A stretch of DNA of 44,225 nt from contig NW_021836809.1 of the NCBI RefSeq assembly GCF_006345805.1, positions 1 to 44,225 on the forward strand, written 5' to 3'. Source of the stretch: Octopus sinensis. Its lineage: Eukaryota. The first letter of the stretch is position 1; every line of letters begins with the position of its first letter. Both the position numbers and the translations under genes were made by a program. Below the pieces are notes generated by a model. That model had not been told where the DNA came from. It worked only from the letters and a program-made list of their open reading frames with translations, and made no database searches. Below, in pieces: positions 1 through 11,712 of the stretch.

Positions 1-426
1 GTATGTATGTATGTATGTGTGTGTGTGTGTGTGTGTATGTATGTGTGTTGTGAGATGTATGTATGTATGTATGTATGTATGAAGGTATGTATGCATGTGT
101 GTGTGAGTGTGTATGTATGTATATGTGTGTGAGTGTATGTAGGTATGTATGTGTGTGTGTGTATGTATGTATGTGTGTGTGAGTGTATGTATGCATGTAT
201 GTATGTATGTATGAAGGTATGTATGCATGTGTGTGTGAGTGTGTATGTATGTATATGTGTGTGAGTGTATGTATGTATGTATGTGTGTGTGTGTATGTAT
301 GTATGTGTGTGTGAGTGTATGTATGTATGTATGTGTGTGTGGTGTGTATGTGTGTGTGTATGTATGTATGTATGTGTGTATGTATGTATGTATGCATGCA
401 TGTATGTGTGTGTGTGTGTATATATA
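1..426. repeat. Mixed (GTAT)n/(GT)n microsatellite
   Basis: Directly visible tetra- and dinucleotide repeats. Confidence 0.95.
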
Positions 427-640
427 AAGTTAATCCAAACATGAAAACACAAAGAGAAAACACAACAATGTGAGGACGTGGAACAAGTATAGTATTACTG
501 GATGCTCAGGAAGGAAGGGAAGCAGGAGGGTTTAACGTTTCGAGCGGAGCTCTTCGTCGGAAACATAGGAGAAAAAAAGATCCAGAGAAGGGAAGACGGA
601 GGAAAAAAATCGCCAACGGTACACATGCGGTCACATTTTG
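427..640 (-). mobile_element. Short non-coding PLE-derived element with a minimal HHR-like motif at 530-564
   Basis: The minus strand reads GTTT-CCGACGAA-GAGC tcc GCTC-GAAAC-GTT-AAAC. Related elements lie at 14630-14800, 19901-20106 and 35515-35670. Confidence 0.6.
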
Positions 641-644
641 AAAT

Positions 645-1053
645 TCTTTTACTCTTTTACTGTCTTCAGTCATTTGACTGTGGCCATGCTGGAGCACCAC
701 CTTTAGTCAAGCAAATCGACCCCAAGACTTATTCTTTGTAAGCCCAGTACTTATTCTATTGGTCTATTTTACCGAACTGCTATGTTACGGGGACATAAAC
801 ACACCAGCATCAGTTGTCAAGCGATGTTGGGGGGACAAAAACAGGCACACAAACATATACACACACACATACATATATATACATATATACTACGGGCTTC
901 TTTCAGTTTCTGTCTACCAAATCCACTCACAAGGCTTTGGTCAGCCTGAGGCTATTGTAGAAGGCACTTGCCCATGGTGCCACGCAGTGGGACTGAACCC
1001 AGAACCATGTGGTTCGTAAGCAAGTTATGTACCACACAGCCACTCCTACACCT
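645..1053 (-). mobile_element. tRNA-derived SINE family A, full length
   Basis: Family features are a head with A box TGGCTGTGTGG and B box GGTTCAGTCCC, a CORE-like TTGGGCAAGT motif, an internal (TA)/(TG) microsatellite and a (GTAAAAGA)n tail. More than 15 copies occur in the window. Confidence 0.9.
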
Positions 1054-1275
1054 ATGTATATATATTTTGGAAATTTTAACTACCTGTGGCCTAGTATGTA
1101 GAAAAATTAGTCTATAGACTATATATTATTCATATAAATACAGTGTACATTTAAACATATAAGAGGAACCCGTCAAAGGATTCATGGCATGCTAGAAGCA
1201 ACAGTCAAAGTTCAAACCACTATTAGGGATAAAACTTCGAAGGGAATGAAAAACAAAAACATTTACCATCTATCC

Positions 1276-1344
1276 CCTGGACCATGGTTTCTGACTATTT
1301 TCAGCAAATAAAATAATTTGCTAAGCAAAGTCTTCATCAGCAGG
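1276..1344 (-). ncRNA. Type I hammerhead ribozyme (minimal, PLE-type)
   Basis: The minus strand reads CCTG-CTGATGA-A-GAC...GTC-A-GAAAC-CATG-GTC-CAGG. It has a canonical core, stem I CCTG/CAGG, a palindromic loop III (CATG) and a GUC cleavage triplet. Confidence 0.75.
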
Positions 1345-1415
1345 TACGCCTAGATTAAACATATAAGTACAAGGCAATCCAGCATGTGTCTCATGCTTAT
1401 ACATTATAATCTTTC

Positions 1416-1903
1416 AAGCCTTGTGAGTGGATTTGGTAGAGGGAAACTTAAAGAAGCCTGTTGTATGTGTGTGTATATGTGTATATGAGCTGTAGAGCTG
1501 AAAACGAGGCAATTTCTCCTCTTCTCCTCTGGAAGCCATCTACTCACAATACCAGAGGGCGCATATTCTCCTACCCTGATGTAATCTCCAGGGATACAGG
1601 CATCCAGCAACAGGACCTCTGTAATGCTATGATGGACCGTGAAGTCTAGCATGGTAAATTCCATTGTCTCGACCACGGTCGAACAATGACTATGATGATG
1701 ATGTGTGTGTGTATTTATGTGTGTGTCATTTTGACTGTATTTGGTCCCCTTCCATTGCTTGACAACCAATGTTGGTGTGTTTACATCCTTGAAATCTAGC
1801 AGTACAGCAAAAATGACTGATAGAATAAGTACCAGGGTTACAAAGAGTAAGTCCTGGCGGTGCTCTAGCATGGCCTCAATCAAATAACTGAAACAAGTAA
1901 AAG
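1416..1903 (+). mobile_element. 5'-truncated SINE A carrying a nested LINE fragment
   Basis: The SINE A body lies on both sides of the 1487-1702 insert. Confidence 0.8.
1487..1702 (+). pseudogene. 3' end of an RTE-X/RTE-like LINE
   Basis: Translates CRAENEAISPLLLWKPSTHNTRGRIFSYPDVISRDTGIQQQDLCNAMMDREV, which resembles the LLW.P...GR...Y...DTG...L..AM.DR C-terminus of such elements. It has a short 3' UTR and an (ATG)n tail. Confidence 0.7.
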
Positions 1904-1939
1904 ATGTGTGTGTGTACATGTATGTCCATACAGCAATAT

Positions 1940-2344
1940 ACTCTTTACTCTTTATTCTCTTCCCCTTGTTTCAGTCATGTGACTGTGGCCATGCTGGAGC
2001 ACCGACTTTAGTCGATCAAATTGACCCCAGGACTTATTCTTTGGAAGACCAGTACTTATTTTATCGGTCTCTTTTTTGCCGAACCGCTAAGTGACGGGGA
2101 CGTAAACACACCAGCATCGGTTGTCAAGCAATGCTAGGGGGACAAACACAGACGCACAAATACATACACATACATATACATATATATATGTATATATATG
2201 TTTCCATCTACCAAATCCACTCACAAGGCTTTGGTCGACCCGAGGCATTAACAGAAGATACTTGCCCAAGGTGCAACACAGTGAGAATGAACCCAGAACC
2301 ATGTGGTTGGTAAACAAACTACTTACCACACAACCACCTCCCCG

Positions 2345-2348
<4 letters not shown>
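1940..2348 (-). mobile_element. SINE A
   Basis: Matches the other copies, with an internal deletion. Confidence 0.85.
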
Positions 2349-2388
<40 letters not shown>

Positions 2389-2436
2389 GTGAATTGAAGA
2401 AATGGAGCTGAACGAAGATTGCACAGAAATCGTTTT

Positions 2437-2526
2437 ATTTCATTCTACACGTGTTTCGAAAGGCACAATTTACCAAAATCCGATTGAATAATGAGCCATA
2501 TTGTGTCTTTCTCTTCAGGAAGAAAT
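2437..2526 (-). ncRNA. Type I hammerhead ribozyme (copy in the inverted arm)
   Basis: Reverse complement of the 4138-4227 ribozyme, with the core intact. Confidence 0.8.
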
Positions 2527-2867
2527 AGGAAATCCGTTGGAAAAAACAAAAACAGAACAGAGGCGGAGCAAAACAAATCGAACTAGGCTCCTAAGAGCCC
2601 ATGGCAAAACTGTTTATCAGTGTATGTTGAGAAACGGTGGTTGAAGATTTTAAACGGGTCAGGCAGCGGTCATTCCTGTGGGTGAGGGTGTGTAGATGTT
2701 CTTTGTGACCGAGAATAAAGTTCTGACTATTTAAGGAATATTGGATGTTTTATAAGGGGCGAGAAAAAATCTACTTAGAGACATGTGTGTGTTTACTGTT
2801 CTATATATGTGTGCTGGCGCAGGATGGCAAAACCTCCGTCAAGGGGTAGAAAACAAATAGGGGTGTT

Positions 2868-3509
2868 GTGGTTGACGGTAACAATGGGAGTAGGGTAGAG
2901 AGCCCCAATAGCAACCCCAGCATCATTTCCCCCAATAGCAGCACCACGGGCACTAGCAATGACAGCACTCTGATAGATAGTGGAGAATCAGGGGTTATTC
3001 CGTTAGTTAATAGTGACGTAGTGGAAAATAAAGTAGTAAGCGGCTGCAGTTCTCGTAACAAATATAGTGACAGGAACGCAGTTCTAATTTCAGAAACTAA
3101 TCCTAGCAGAATAAGATTCACGACGGCAAACTCCAAGATCAGAAATGCCGTCTACCAATGCAAGGTTTACACGGACTCAGATGTCTACACTTATGTAGGG
3201 GCCTCATCGTCAAGATTGGCCTTGCGAATCTCCAATCATTACGCAACTTTTCGGGACGTGAACAAACGCCAGACCACGGGACTCAGCAAGCAAATATGGC
3301 GATTGAAGGATACAAACTCAAGCTACAGGCTGGAATGGTCAATTTTGTCGGTGGCCCTCCCATTTGATAGGGGCAGAAGGAAGTGCAACCTTTGTGTCTC
3401 CGAACTCTTCCATATTTTGTTCGCTAGAGGCCGGATGGTAAACGGACTTTTACAGTCGGCTTTTCGATGCCCCCATTGGCGGCGTTACACTTATCTGGCT
3501 TTTAAATAG
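2868..3509 (+). CDS. PLE GIY-YIG endonuclease domain (C-terminal part of a truncated RT-EN ORF)
   Basis: NAVYQCKV...YTYVGAS...RISNH...LSKQIWRLK...CNLCVSE...CPH contains the GIY/YIG-like motifs, the R..H motif, a Glu at the catalytic position and a PLE-type Cys/His pattern. The frame is open from the inversion junction (~2856) and there is no RT. Confidence 0.85.
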   Translation: MVDGNNGSRVESPNSNPSIISPNSSTTGTSNDSTLIDSGESGVIPLVNSDVVENKVVSGCSSRNKYSDRNAVLISETNPSRIRFTTANSKIRNAVYQCKVYTDSDVYTYVGASSSRLALRISNHYATFRDVNKRQTTGLSKQIWRLKDTNSSYRLEWSILSVALPFDRGRRKCNLCVSELFHILFARGRMVNGLLQSAFRCPHWRRYTYLAFK

Positions 3510-4137
3510 CGTTTATAAATAATACCTGCACCCATAGCCCTTGGTAACAAATTCTGAAATAGCCTTTAAGATAATTACGATTAACCACTGCAAGGGGAAT
3601 TACTCCTGTAAGATAAACGGGGCTTTGTTGTTTGTTTTTTGTTTTTTGACGATGGGGGGTTTCCTTGACAAGGCAGGTTCAGACGAACACACGCACACAT
3701 AAAACATAAATATTTTTTTCTGCCACCCAACGGTTCTTACTGCAGTAGCCATTGGTAGAGCGGCTTAACCACTGACAGCCGAGCGATCAAACGCACACAC
3801 GTACACAAAAAATGTTTTCTACCCCTTGACGGAGGTTTTGCCATCCTGCGCCAGCACACATATATGAACAGTAAACACACACATGTCTCTAAGTAGATTT
3901 TTTCTCGCCCCTTATAAAACATCCAATATTCCTTAAATAGTCAGAACTTTATTCTCGGTCACAAGAACATCTACACACCCTCACCCACAGGAATGACCGC
4001 TGCCTGACCCGTTAAAATCTTCAACCACCGGTTCTCAACATACACTGATAAACAGTTTTGCCATGGGCTCTTAGGAGCCTAGTTCGATTTGTTTTGCTCC
4101 GCTCTGTTCTGTTTTTGTTTTTTCCAACAGATTTCCT

Positions 4138-4227
4138 ATTTCTTCCTGAAGAGAAAGACACAATATGTCTCATTATTCAATCGGATTTTGGTAAATTGTG
4201 CCTTTCGAAACACGTGTAGAATGAAAT
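4138..4227 (+). ncRNA. Type I hammerhead ribozyme in the PLE pLTR
   Basis: ATTTCTTC-CTGAAGA(4146-4152)-GAAAGACACAAT...ATTGTGCCTTTC-GAAAC-ACGT-GTA-GAATGAAAT. It has a canonical core, a long stem II and a palindromic loop III. Cleavage is predicted after 4218. Confidence 0.85.
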
Positions 4228-4436
4228 AAACGATTTCTGTGCAATCTTCGTTCAGCTCCATTTCTTCAATTCACCAATAATATTTTAATTTCAATTATCC
4301 GCACCAACGCACGGTTGCAACACCATATGGTTGTACCTCCAACCGTGCTGTCTTCTGCTGTGATTTTTGCTACCAAGGTATCGGTTAAACTTTTGATTAA
4401 TCTGCTACAAGATTATTCATCTTTCTATTTCACATA

Positions 4437-4494
<58 letters not shown>

Positions 4495-4542
4495 GTATAT
4501 ATATATATAGTATATATATATATATATGTTATATATATATAT

Positions 4543-4569
<27 letters not shown>

Positions 4570-4574
<5 letters not shown>

Positions 4575-4725
4575 CAACGGGCTTCTTTCAGTTTCCGTCT
4601 ACCAAATCCACTCACAAGGCTTTGATCAGCCCGAGGCTATGGCAGGAGACACTTGCCCAAGGTGCCCTGCAGTGGGACTGAACCCGGAACCATGTGGTTG
4701 GTTAGCAAGCTACTTACCACACAGC
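4570..4725 (-). mobile_element. SINE A, 5' half
   Basis: Head and CORE-like segment only. Confidence 0.8.
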
Positions 4726-5014
4726 ACACACACGTAAGCACACACACATCAGATGTCCTGTTCTGTCATCAAGTCTGGTTATCCTTCACATACTTTTCCA
4801 CCTGCTCCCCCCCTCGTCTCCTTTACACTATGTAGCTATATGGCATGTGTGTGCAGGGGTGGAGGGTTTGAACCTCTGAGGATTAAAATTTTTTTTTTTG
4901 TTCCCCTGTCTTCTGGTCTGGTATGGTATGGTCTGGTGTTCACTAATGCAGTGTGGGTTAGGGTTAAGAAATGGGTCTTGTTTGATTTAGATGACAACTT
5001 GATATGTATGTATA

Positions 5015-5490
5015 TCATCACCACCGACATCATCATCACCACCACCACCACCACCACCACCACCACCACCACCACCATCATCACCACCACCACCACCACC
5101 ACCACCACCACCATCATCATCATCGCCACCACAACCACCACCACCACCACCACCACCACCACCACCACCACCACCATCATCACCACCACCACCATCATCA
5201 TCACCACCACCACCATCATCATCATCGCCACCACAACCACCACCACCACCATCATCATCACCATCATCATCACCACAACCACCACTACCACCACCTCCTC
5301 CTCCTCCTCACCATCACCTTCACCACCACCACCACCACCATCATCATCACAACCACCGCCATCATCATCATCATCATCATCACCACAACCACCACTACCA
5401 CCACCTCCTCCTCCTCATCCCCCCTCACCACCACCACCACTACTTCACCCCGCCCCCACCTCAACCATCCCCTCATCATCATCTTCACCA
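5015..5490. repeat. (CAC/CAT)n trinucleotide array
   Basis: Directly visible. Confidence 0.95.
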
Positions 5491-5803
5491 TTTTTTTCCT
5501 TTTTCCCATTGATCACTCCTCCCCCTCTCTCTCTCTCTGTCTTTCTATAGTGTCCCTAAATATGACCCCAACTTGACCTCCACATATTCAACCATATCCC
5601 CGCCTCATCACCATCACCTTGTGTCCCTTGACAGCTAGAATACCTCATGTTTTGTTTTGATTTTTATTTTTGTGTGTGTTTTAGACTCCTTCCTTCATCA
5701 CTTGGTAGTAATAGCAGAGCAGAGACTAATACGGAACTGCTAATAATAGCAGTTAAATCCTCAAATTACACTCTATTGTCAAATCTTTTCTGTTTAGCCT
5801 AAC

Positions 5804-5855
5804 CTGTGGAAATTTTCAAGTTTGGTGTATTGATGTAATTTTCCACACTGAATCT
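5804..5855 (-). other. Candidate 52-nt host exon
   Basis: tttatctccag|AGATTC...CACAG|gttagg in unique sequence. Frame 0 reads RFSVENYINTPNLKIST. Confidence 0.3.
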
Positions 5856-5896
5856 CTGGAGATAAATCACTTTTTTCAGAAAAAAAAAAGTTACGT

Positions 5897-6285
5897 AGGC
5901 ACAGGAGTGGCTGTGTGGTAAGTAGCTTGTTTACCAACCACATGGTTCCGGGTTCAGTCCCACTGCGTGGCACCTTGGGCAAGTGTCTTCTGCTATAGCC
6001 TCGGGCTGACCAAAGCTTTGTGAGTGGATTTGGTAGACGGAAACTGAAAGAAGCTCGTCGTATATATATATATATATATATATAGGCGCAGGAGTGGCTG
6101 TGTGGTAAGTAGCTTGCTCACCAACCACATGGTTCCGGGTTCAGTCCCACTGCATGGTATCTTGGGCAAGTGTCTTCTGCTATAGCCCCGGGGCCGACCA
6201 ATGCCTTGTGAGTGGATTTGGTAGACGGAAACTGAAAGAAGCCTGTCGCATACATGTATGTATATATATATTATATATATATCTA

Positions 6286-6333
<48 letters not shown>

Positions 6334-6555
6334 GTGTGTTTGTGTGTCTGTGTTTGTCCCCCTAGCATTGCTTGACAAACCGATGCTGGGTGTGTTTACG
6401 TGCCCGTTACTTAGCAGTTCGGCAAAAGAGACCGATAGAATAAGTACTGGGCTTACAAAAAGAATAAGTCCCGGGGTCGATTTGCTCGACTAAAGGCGGT
6501 GCTCCAGCATGGCCACAGTCAAATGACTGAAACAAGTAAAAGAGTAAAAGAGAGT
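5897..6555 (+). mobile_element. SINE A 5' half (5897-6060) followed by a full SINE A (6083-6555)
   Basis: Two A/B-box heads separated by (TA)n. Confidence 0.9.
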
Positions 6556-6869
6556 ATACATAAAAAATACAAAGAAAACAAGGATGGGTCATTCGAAATT
6601 TTCTTTCCTCAGTCAAGTACCATATTATCTTTGCAATTTCAGCCAGGTTTTTATTTTGTCGTTCCATTTTTGTATCACCAAACTGTTTGGATGTTTTGCG
6701 TTCTTTTCCCACATGAAATTAGGTGCCCGATGTAAATAAGGGAACCCCCTTTTCTACATTATTTTACTTCCATGCTAACCATCCAGGCTGCCGAGAATGT
6801 TTCACCATACATTCAATTCTGCTGATTACTGGTTTATCAATGAAAGACAATGTATGACCCAGATATTCA

Positions 6870-7192
6870 CCCCACCGACCACAACCCCCCACCGACCCCC
6901 CACCACCACCCCCACTCAACACCACCACCCAAATAACCACCACCACCCAAACAACAACCTCCACCACCACTACCACCCAACACCACCACTACCATCACCA
7001 CCACCACCACCACCACCCAACGACACCACCCAACACCACCACCACTACCACCCAACACCACCATCACTACCACTACCACCACCACCACCACTACCACCCA
7101 ACACCACCACTACCATCACCCCACCACCACAGCACCCAACACCACCCAACCCTCCACCACCCCCACCACCACCCCCACACCACCCTCACCAT
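6870..7192. repeat. Degenerate (CAC)n array
   Basis: Directly visible. Confidence 0.9.
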
Positions 7193-7207
7193 CCTGTACC
7201 CACTTAC

Positions 7208-7241
7208 ATTGTGTCAAAAGGTAAAGCTTGGTCTCCTTAAT
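7208..7241 (-). other. Candidate 34-nt host exon
   Basis: ttcttttttatcag|ATTAAG...ACAAT|gtaagt. Only one frame is open (IKETKLYLLTQ). Confidence 0.4.
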
Positions 7242-7714
7242 CTGATAAAAAAGAATCTCTTTTTTGTTTTCATTCATAAAAATTAATGAGGTCAAATGAT
7301 TTTGGATTAATTGTTTGATAATGAGGTTAACTGATTGGCCTGATTTGGTGCATCACACTAGAACAACAACAACAAGGGATGGAGGGGGTGGAGGAGAAGA
7401 AGAAGAAGAAGAAGAAGAAGAAGAAGAAGAAGAAGAGGAGGAGGAGAAAGAGGATTCCTTTCCCCTATAGACACATGGCCTAAAAAGTATTTGACAGTTA
7501 CTTAATTTTATTGACCCAGAAATGATGAAAGTCAAAGTCGACATTGGTGGAAATTGAACTCAAAATGTCAAGTCAGAAGAACTGGCACTAAGCATTTTGT
7601 ATAGTGGAATAATAACTTACGTGGAAATCATGAGCATGCTTTCAAGGGAGATAATCAGAGAAAGACTTGAAAGTCAACTTAAGATCGTAATACTTCATGT
7701 AATGTAAAGAACAT

Positions 7715-7901
7715 ATAACAAATAATCCAGAATCCTTGTCCGGCACTGGATCGATCCCAAAATCTAATCAGTTCGTGCCAGTCATGAGGTTGAACATCCC
7801 TGAAAGTTTCATCTGAATCCATCCAGCAGTTCTTGAGATATCTTGACAAATAAACAAACAAACATGACTGGAAACATTACCTCTACCTTTGCTAAGGCAG
7901 A

Positions 7902-7905
<4 letters not shown>
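7715..7905. mobile_element. Helentron/HINE (DINE-like) non-autonomous element end
   Basis: Terminal palindrome ATTACCTCT..CCTT...AAGG.AGAGGTAAT, an (AAAC)n spacer and an AAAGTTTCAT..GAATCCATCCA motif resembling such elements. Confidence 0.5.
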
Positions 7906-7959
<54 letters not shown>

Positions 7960-7991
7960 GTAAAAATAAAAAAATAATAATAATAATAAAA

Positions 7992-8636
7992 AACCTGGAT
8001 TTGCCCCATGAAAAAAACTGGTGGGAACACAAACCACCCCCAGTGCTAGAAAATGACCACATCTCACTCCTCTGGAACTTCACCATTCAAACTGACAGAA
8101 AGATAGATGCAAATAGGCCAGGCATCATATTGAAAGAATTCAAACAAGGAACATGCCTCCTCATTGATATGACTGTCCCAATCGATATAAACGTATCTGT
8201 CAAGACCTACCAAAACCTGAGCAAATATAAAGATCTTGAAATAGAAATCAGCAAAATGTGGAACCTGAAGACTAAAACAATACCTGTTGTCATAGGTGCC
8301 CTGGGAATGATAGCAAAAGGAGCTGATAGCTACCTAACTCAGATACCAGGAAACCCAAAAATGGCAGAAATTCAAAAGATAGTGCTCATGGGAACTGCTC
8401 ATATCCTACGCAAAATACTCTCTATGTAATCCCAAGGTTTAAAACAAACTTTTTTTATTTTTATTTATTTTATTTTATTTTTTTTATGTATTAGACATTC
8501 ACTAGTACAACACCAAAAAAAAGGGGGAAACCCCCCCCCAAATATATGGCACAGAACTTTCAACCTGTTGTCTCTTGAGGTCTCTGGGTGAGACTTGGAG
8601 CCAACTTGTACAGACATAAAGTAAAAGTCAAACATA

Positions 8637-8640
<4 letters not shown>
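7992..8640 (+). pseudogene. 3' end of an R4/Dong-like non-LTR retrotransposon (RLE domain and 3' UTR)
   Basis: ORF 8001-8429 reads LLWNFTIQTDRKIDANRPGII...CLLIDMTVP...KY.DL...PVVIGALG, an RLE PD..D..K fold with RPD mutated to RPG. It is flanked by (TAA)n on both sides. Confidence 0.88.
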
Positions 8641-8705
<65 letters not shown>

Positions 8706-8939
8706 TAATAATAATAATAATAATATAGAAAGGAGTGAGATTACTCCTCCTGAAGATATAAAGTCAAAATTTAAAGAAGAGTGCCACTGTTATCTAGTTT
8801 ACAATATTTCACCATCTTGTGTGTCTTCAACTGGTTTAAAAAATAAGTTTGTCAATCTATTTCGTTTTGATTAATATAGAAAGGATTGAGGTAACTCCTC
8901 CTAAAGATATAGTGTCAAAATTAAAAGAAGAGTGCCATT

Positions 8940-8984
<45 letters not shown>

Positions 8985-8996
8985 TAATAAAATAAT

Positions 8997-9358
<362 letters not shown>

Positions 9359-9361
9359 AGG

Positions 9362-9919
9362 CAATGCCCTGATGCAGTACCAGGCAGTGGCTCTCATGGC
9401 TTCTGATCTTAACTGATTGGAAGTGTTATCATGTACATTGTTTTGTCTTGGTATAAAAGATGGGCTACAGCAAATATTCTGCTCAATACCACAGATTTGC
9501 TTGTCAGTTGTTTGACCATAACCAGTTGAGCATGTCCCTTAGTGGCTGACGATATGTGCATCTCTGATCACGAGCAGAAGTAGTGGGGGAGCATCATAGC
9601 CATGTGTTGAGAGGGATTCTTTGTGGTTTGAATAATTCACCTCTGGAAACATGGGTGGTTCTTTCAACATCCTTAAACAACCCTTATTCAGGGACCTTTT
9701 GAGCGGGATGGGCTACTCAACCTGAAGAAAATTCTAACTGGGCCCCACCTGCAAGGTCATGTGCTGTTTATCTTGATATGAGATCACCATGTCGCGCACA
9801 TATGGTTGTGATGCATGTGCCTGGTGTACCTTTATCAGACGGGTAGTCATGATGGGTATATTGGGCTTCGTATATTTTACCCCAGTGTCACTTTGATGGC
9901 ATGAACTGCTCTCTCACTC

Positions 9920-9920
<1 letters not shown>
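9362..9920 (+). mobile_element. ~560-bp non-coding (TAA)n-associated interspersed element (family T)
   Basis: Same ends as the copy at 31752-32308 (AATGCCCTGATGCAGTACC...CTCTCACTC-(AAT)n). Truncated copies keep the right end. Confidence 0.8.
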
Positions 9921-9951
<31 letters not shown>

Positions 9952-9980
9952 TAATAATAATAATGATTATAATAATAAGA

Positions 9981-10365
9981 AGAAATCAGCAAAATGTGGA
10001 ACCTGAAGACTAAAACAATACCTGTTGTCATAGGTGCCCTGGGAATGATAGCAAAAGGGGCTGATTGCTACCTAGCTCAGATACCAGGAAACCCCAAAAT
10101 GGCAGAAATTCAAAATATAGTGCTCATGGGAACTGCTCATATCCTACGCAAAATACTTTCTCTGTAATCTCAAGTTTTAAAACAAACATAATTTTCGTTT
10201 GTTTTTTTTAGACATTCACTAGTACAACACCAAAAAAAAACCCCAAATATATGGCACACTAGGCATAACAACAACATGAACTTCCAACCTGTTGACTCTT
10301 GAGGTCTCTGGGTGAGACTTGGAGCCAACTTGTACAGACATAAAGCAAAAGTCAAACATAGAATA
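9981..10365 (+). mobile_element. 3' fragment of the R4/Dong-like element
   Basis: EISKMWNLKTKTIPVVIGALG... followed by the 3' UTR, in (TAA)n. Confidence 0.85.
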
Positions 10366-10368
10366 ATA

Positions 10369-10429
<61 letters not shown>

Positions 10430-10451
10430 GATGATGATGATGATGATGATG

Positions 10452-10495
<44 letters not shown>

Positions 10496-10496
10496 G

Positions 10497-10530
<34 letters not shown>

Positions 10531-10995
10531 TAATAATAATAATAACAACCAGCCCTTCCTGATATGAAAGACGTAAAGTGAAATAAAGTGTCTTGCCCAA
10601 GGACACAATATTCTGCTAAGAATTGAACTTATGACCTTACAATCATGAGTTGAATACCCTAACCACTAAGTGGTATGCCTTCACTCCAACTGGTTAGTTC
10701 TGCATTTGTTGTTACTCTTCTAGCACCATGGGACTTTCGGTACGTGGGAGGATAAATGAGGTCAATATAAAGTGATATCTGTGCGTCATCGGATTACAGT
10801 GATAAACGTTTGGTACAGTATGAGTAATCACTTTCTGAGTCACTGCAATTAAGTGGCTAATTAGTGGCTAATGACGTGAGATGACCAATAATCACATGAA
10901 AATGCGGGGGTTACATCAGAGTGTCCCTCTGAGACAACAGCTAGGGTCCTCTCACTTTCAGTAGTCTTACTCTATGCCCTGACACCAACCAAGGG

Positions 10996-11030
<35 letters not shown>

Positions 11031-11047
11031 ATCTTATCTTTTAAATA

Positions 11048-11200
11048 TGTGGCTGTGCAGTAAGAAATTTCTTTCCCAACCACATGGTTCCGGGTTCAGT
11101 CCCACAATATGACATCTTGGACAAGTGTCTTCTACTATAGCTTCAGGCCAACCAAAACCTTGTGAGTGGATTTGGCAGATGGAAACTGAAAAAAGCCCAT
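11048..11200 (+). mobile_element. SINE A, 5' half
   Basis: A and B boxes plus the CORE-like segment. Confidence 0.8.
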
Positions 11201-11441
11201 CAGATGTTGTTACACATCGCTGGTCACAATGCGTTCGCATTGTTTTAGCCTTCGAATGACGCCACCCCGCTGGCTAAGCAAGCAGGCCAACAGAAGAAAG
11301 AGTGGTGAAAGAGTACAGCAGGGATCACCACCCCCTGCCGGAGCCTCGTGGAGCTTTTAGGTGTTTTCGCTCAATAAATGCTCACAACGATCTTATGACC
11401 ACGAGTCCACTGCCCTAACCACTGGGTCATTGCACCTCCAC
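11198..11441 (-). mobile_element. tRNA-derived SINE family C (tail type ii)
   Basis: The head GTGGAGGTGCAATGACCCAGTGGTTAGGGCAG is shared with 30908-31278. The tail is shared with 16985-17100. Confidence 0.8.
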
Positions 11442-11517
11442 AATATATATATATATATATATATTAATAAAAATGCACCCACACCACCCACAAGGCCTAT
11501 TATATAGCACAACAGCT

Positions 11518-11712
11518 GTGTGGAGGTGCAATGGGCCAGTGGTTAGGGCAGCAGTCTGACGGTCGTAAGAATGAGGTTTCGATTCCCAGATCGGTCATTG
11601 TGAGTGTTTATTGAGCAAAAACATCTAAGATCCACAAGGCTCCAGGAGGGTGGGGTGGTGAACCCCGCTGTACTCCTTCACCACAACTTTCTCTCACTCT
11701 TTCTTCCCACTT
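11518..11712 (+). mobile_element. SINE C, 5' part
   Basis: GTGGAGGTGCAATGGGCCAGTGGTTAGGGCAG and B box GGTTTCGATTCCC. Confidence 0.8.

Larger units (their letters stand above)
2380..4435 (+). mobile_element. Penelope-like retroelement, 5'-truncated, with an inverted pLTR copy
   Basis: The near-identical inverted arms 2380-2855 and 3813-4283 enclose a GIY-YIG ORF. Each arm has an HHR, and both ends lie in (TA)n. Confidence 0.9.

Noticed and set aside
4955-4968. Telomere-like GGGTTAGGGTTA
   Set aside because: Only two units, which is expected by chance.
4753-5576. Long poly-His/Thr/Val ORFs
   Set aside because: They are translations of (CAC/CAT)n, open in several frames on both strands.
5897-5965. 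tRNA gene calls for SINE heads
   Set aside because: A and B boxes are present, but I could not fold a proper acceptor stem and they are always fused to SINE bodies.
8001-8429. Stand-alone functional nuclease gene
   Set aside because: It is a 5'-truncated retrotransposon end, and the first catalytic Asp (RPD) is mutated to Gly.
10718-10797. HHR-like CCGATGA...GAAA on the minus strand
   Set aside because: Stem I cannot pair and stem III is poor.
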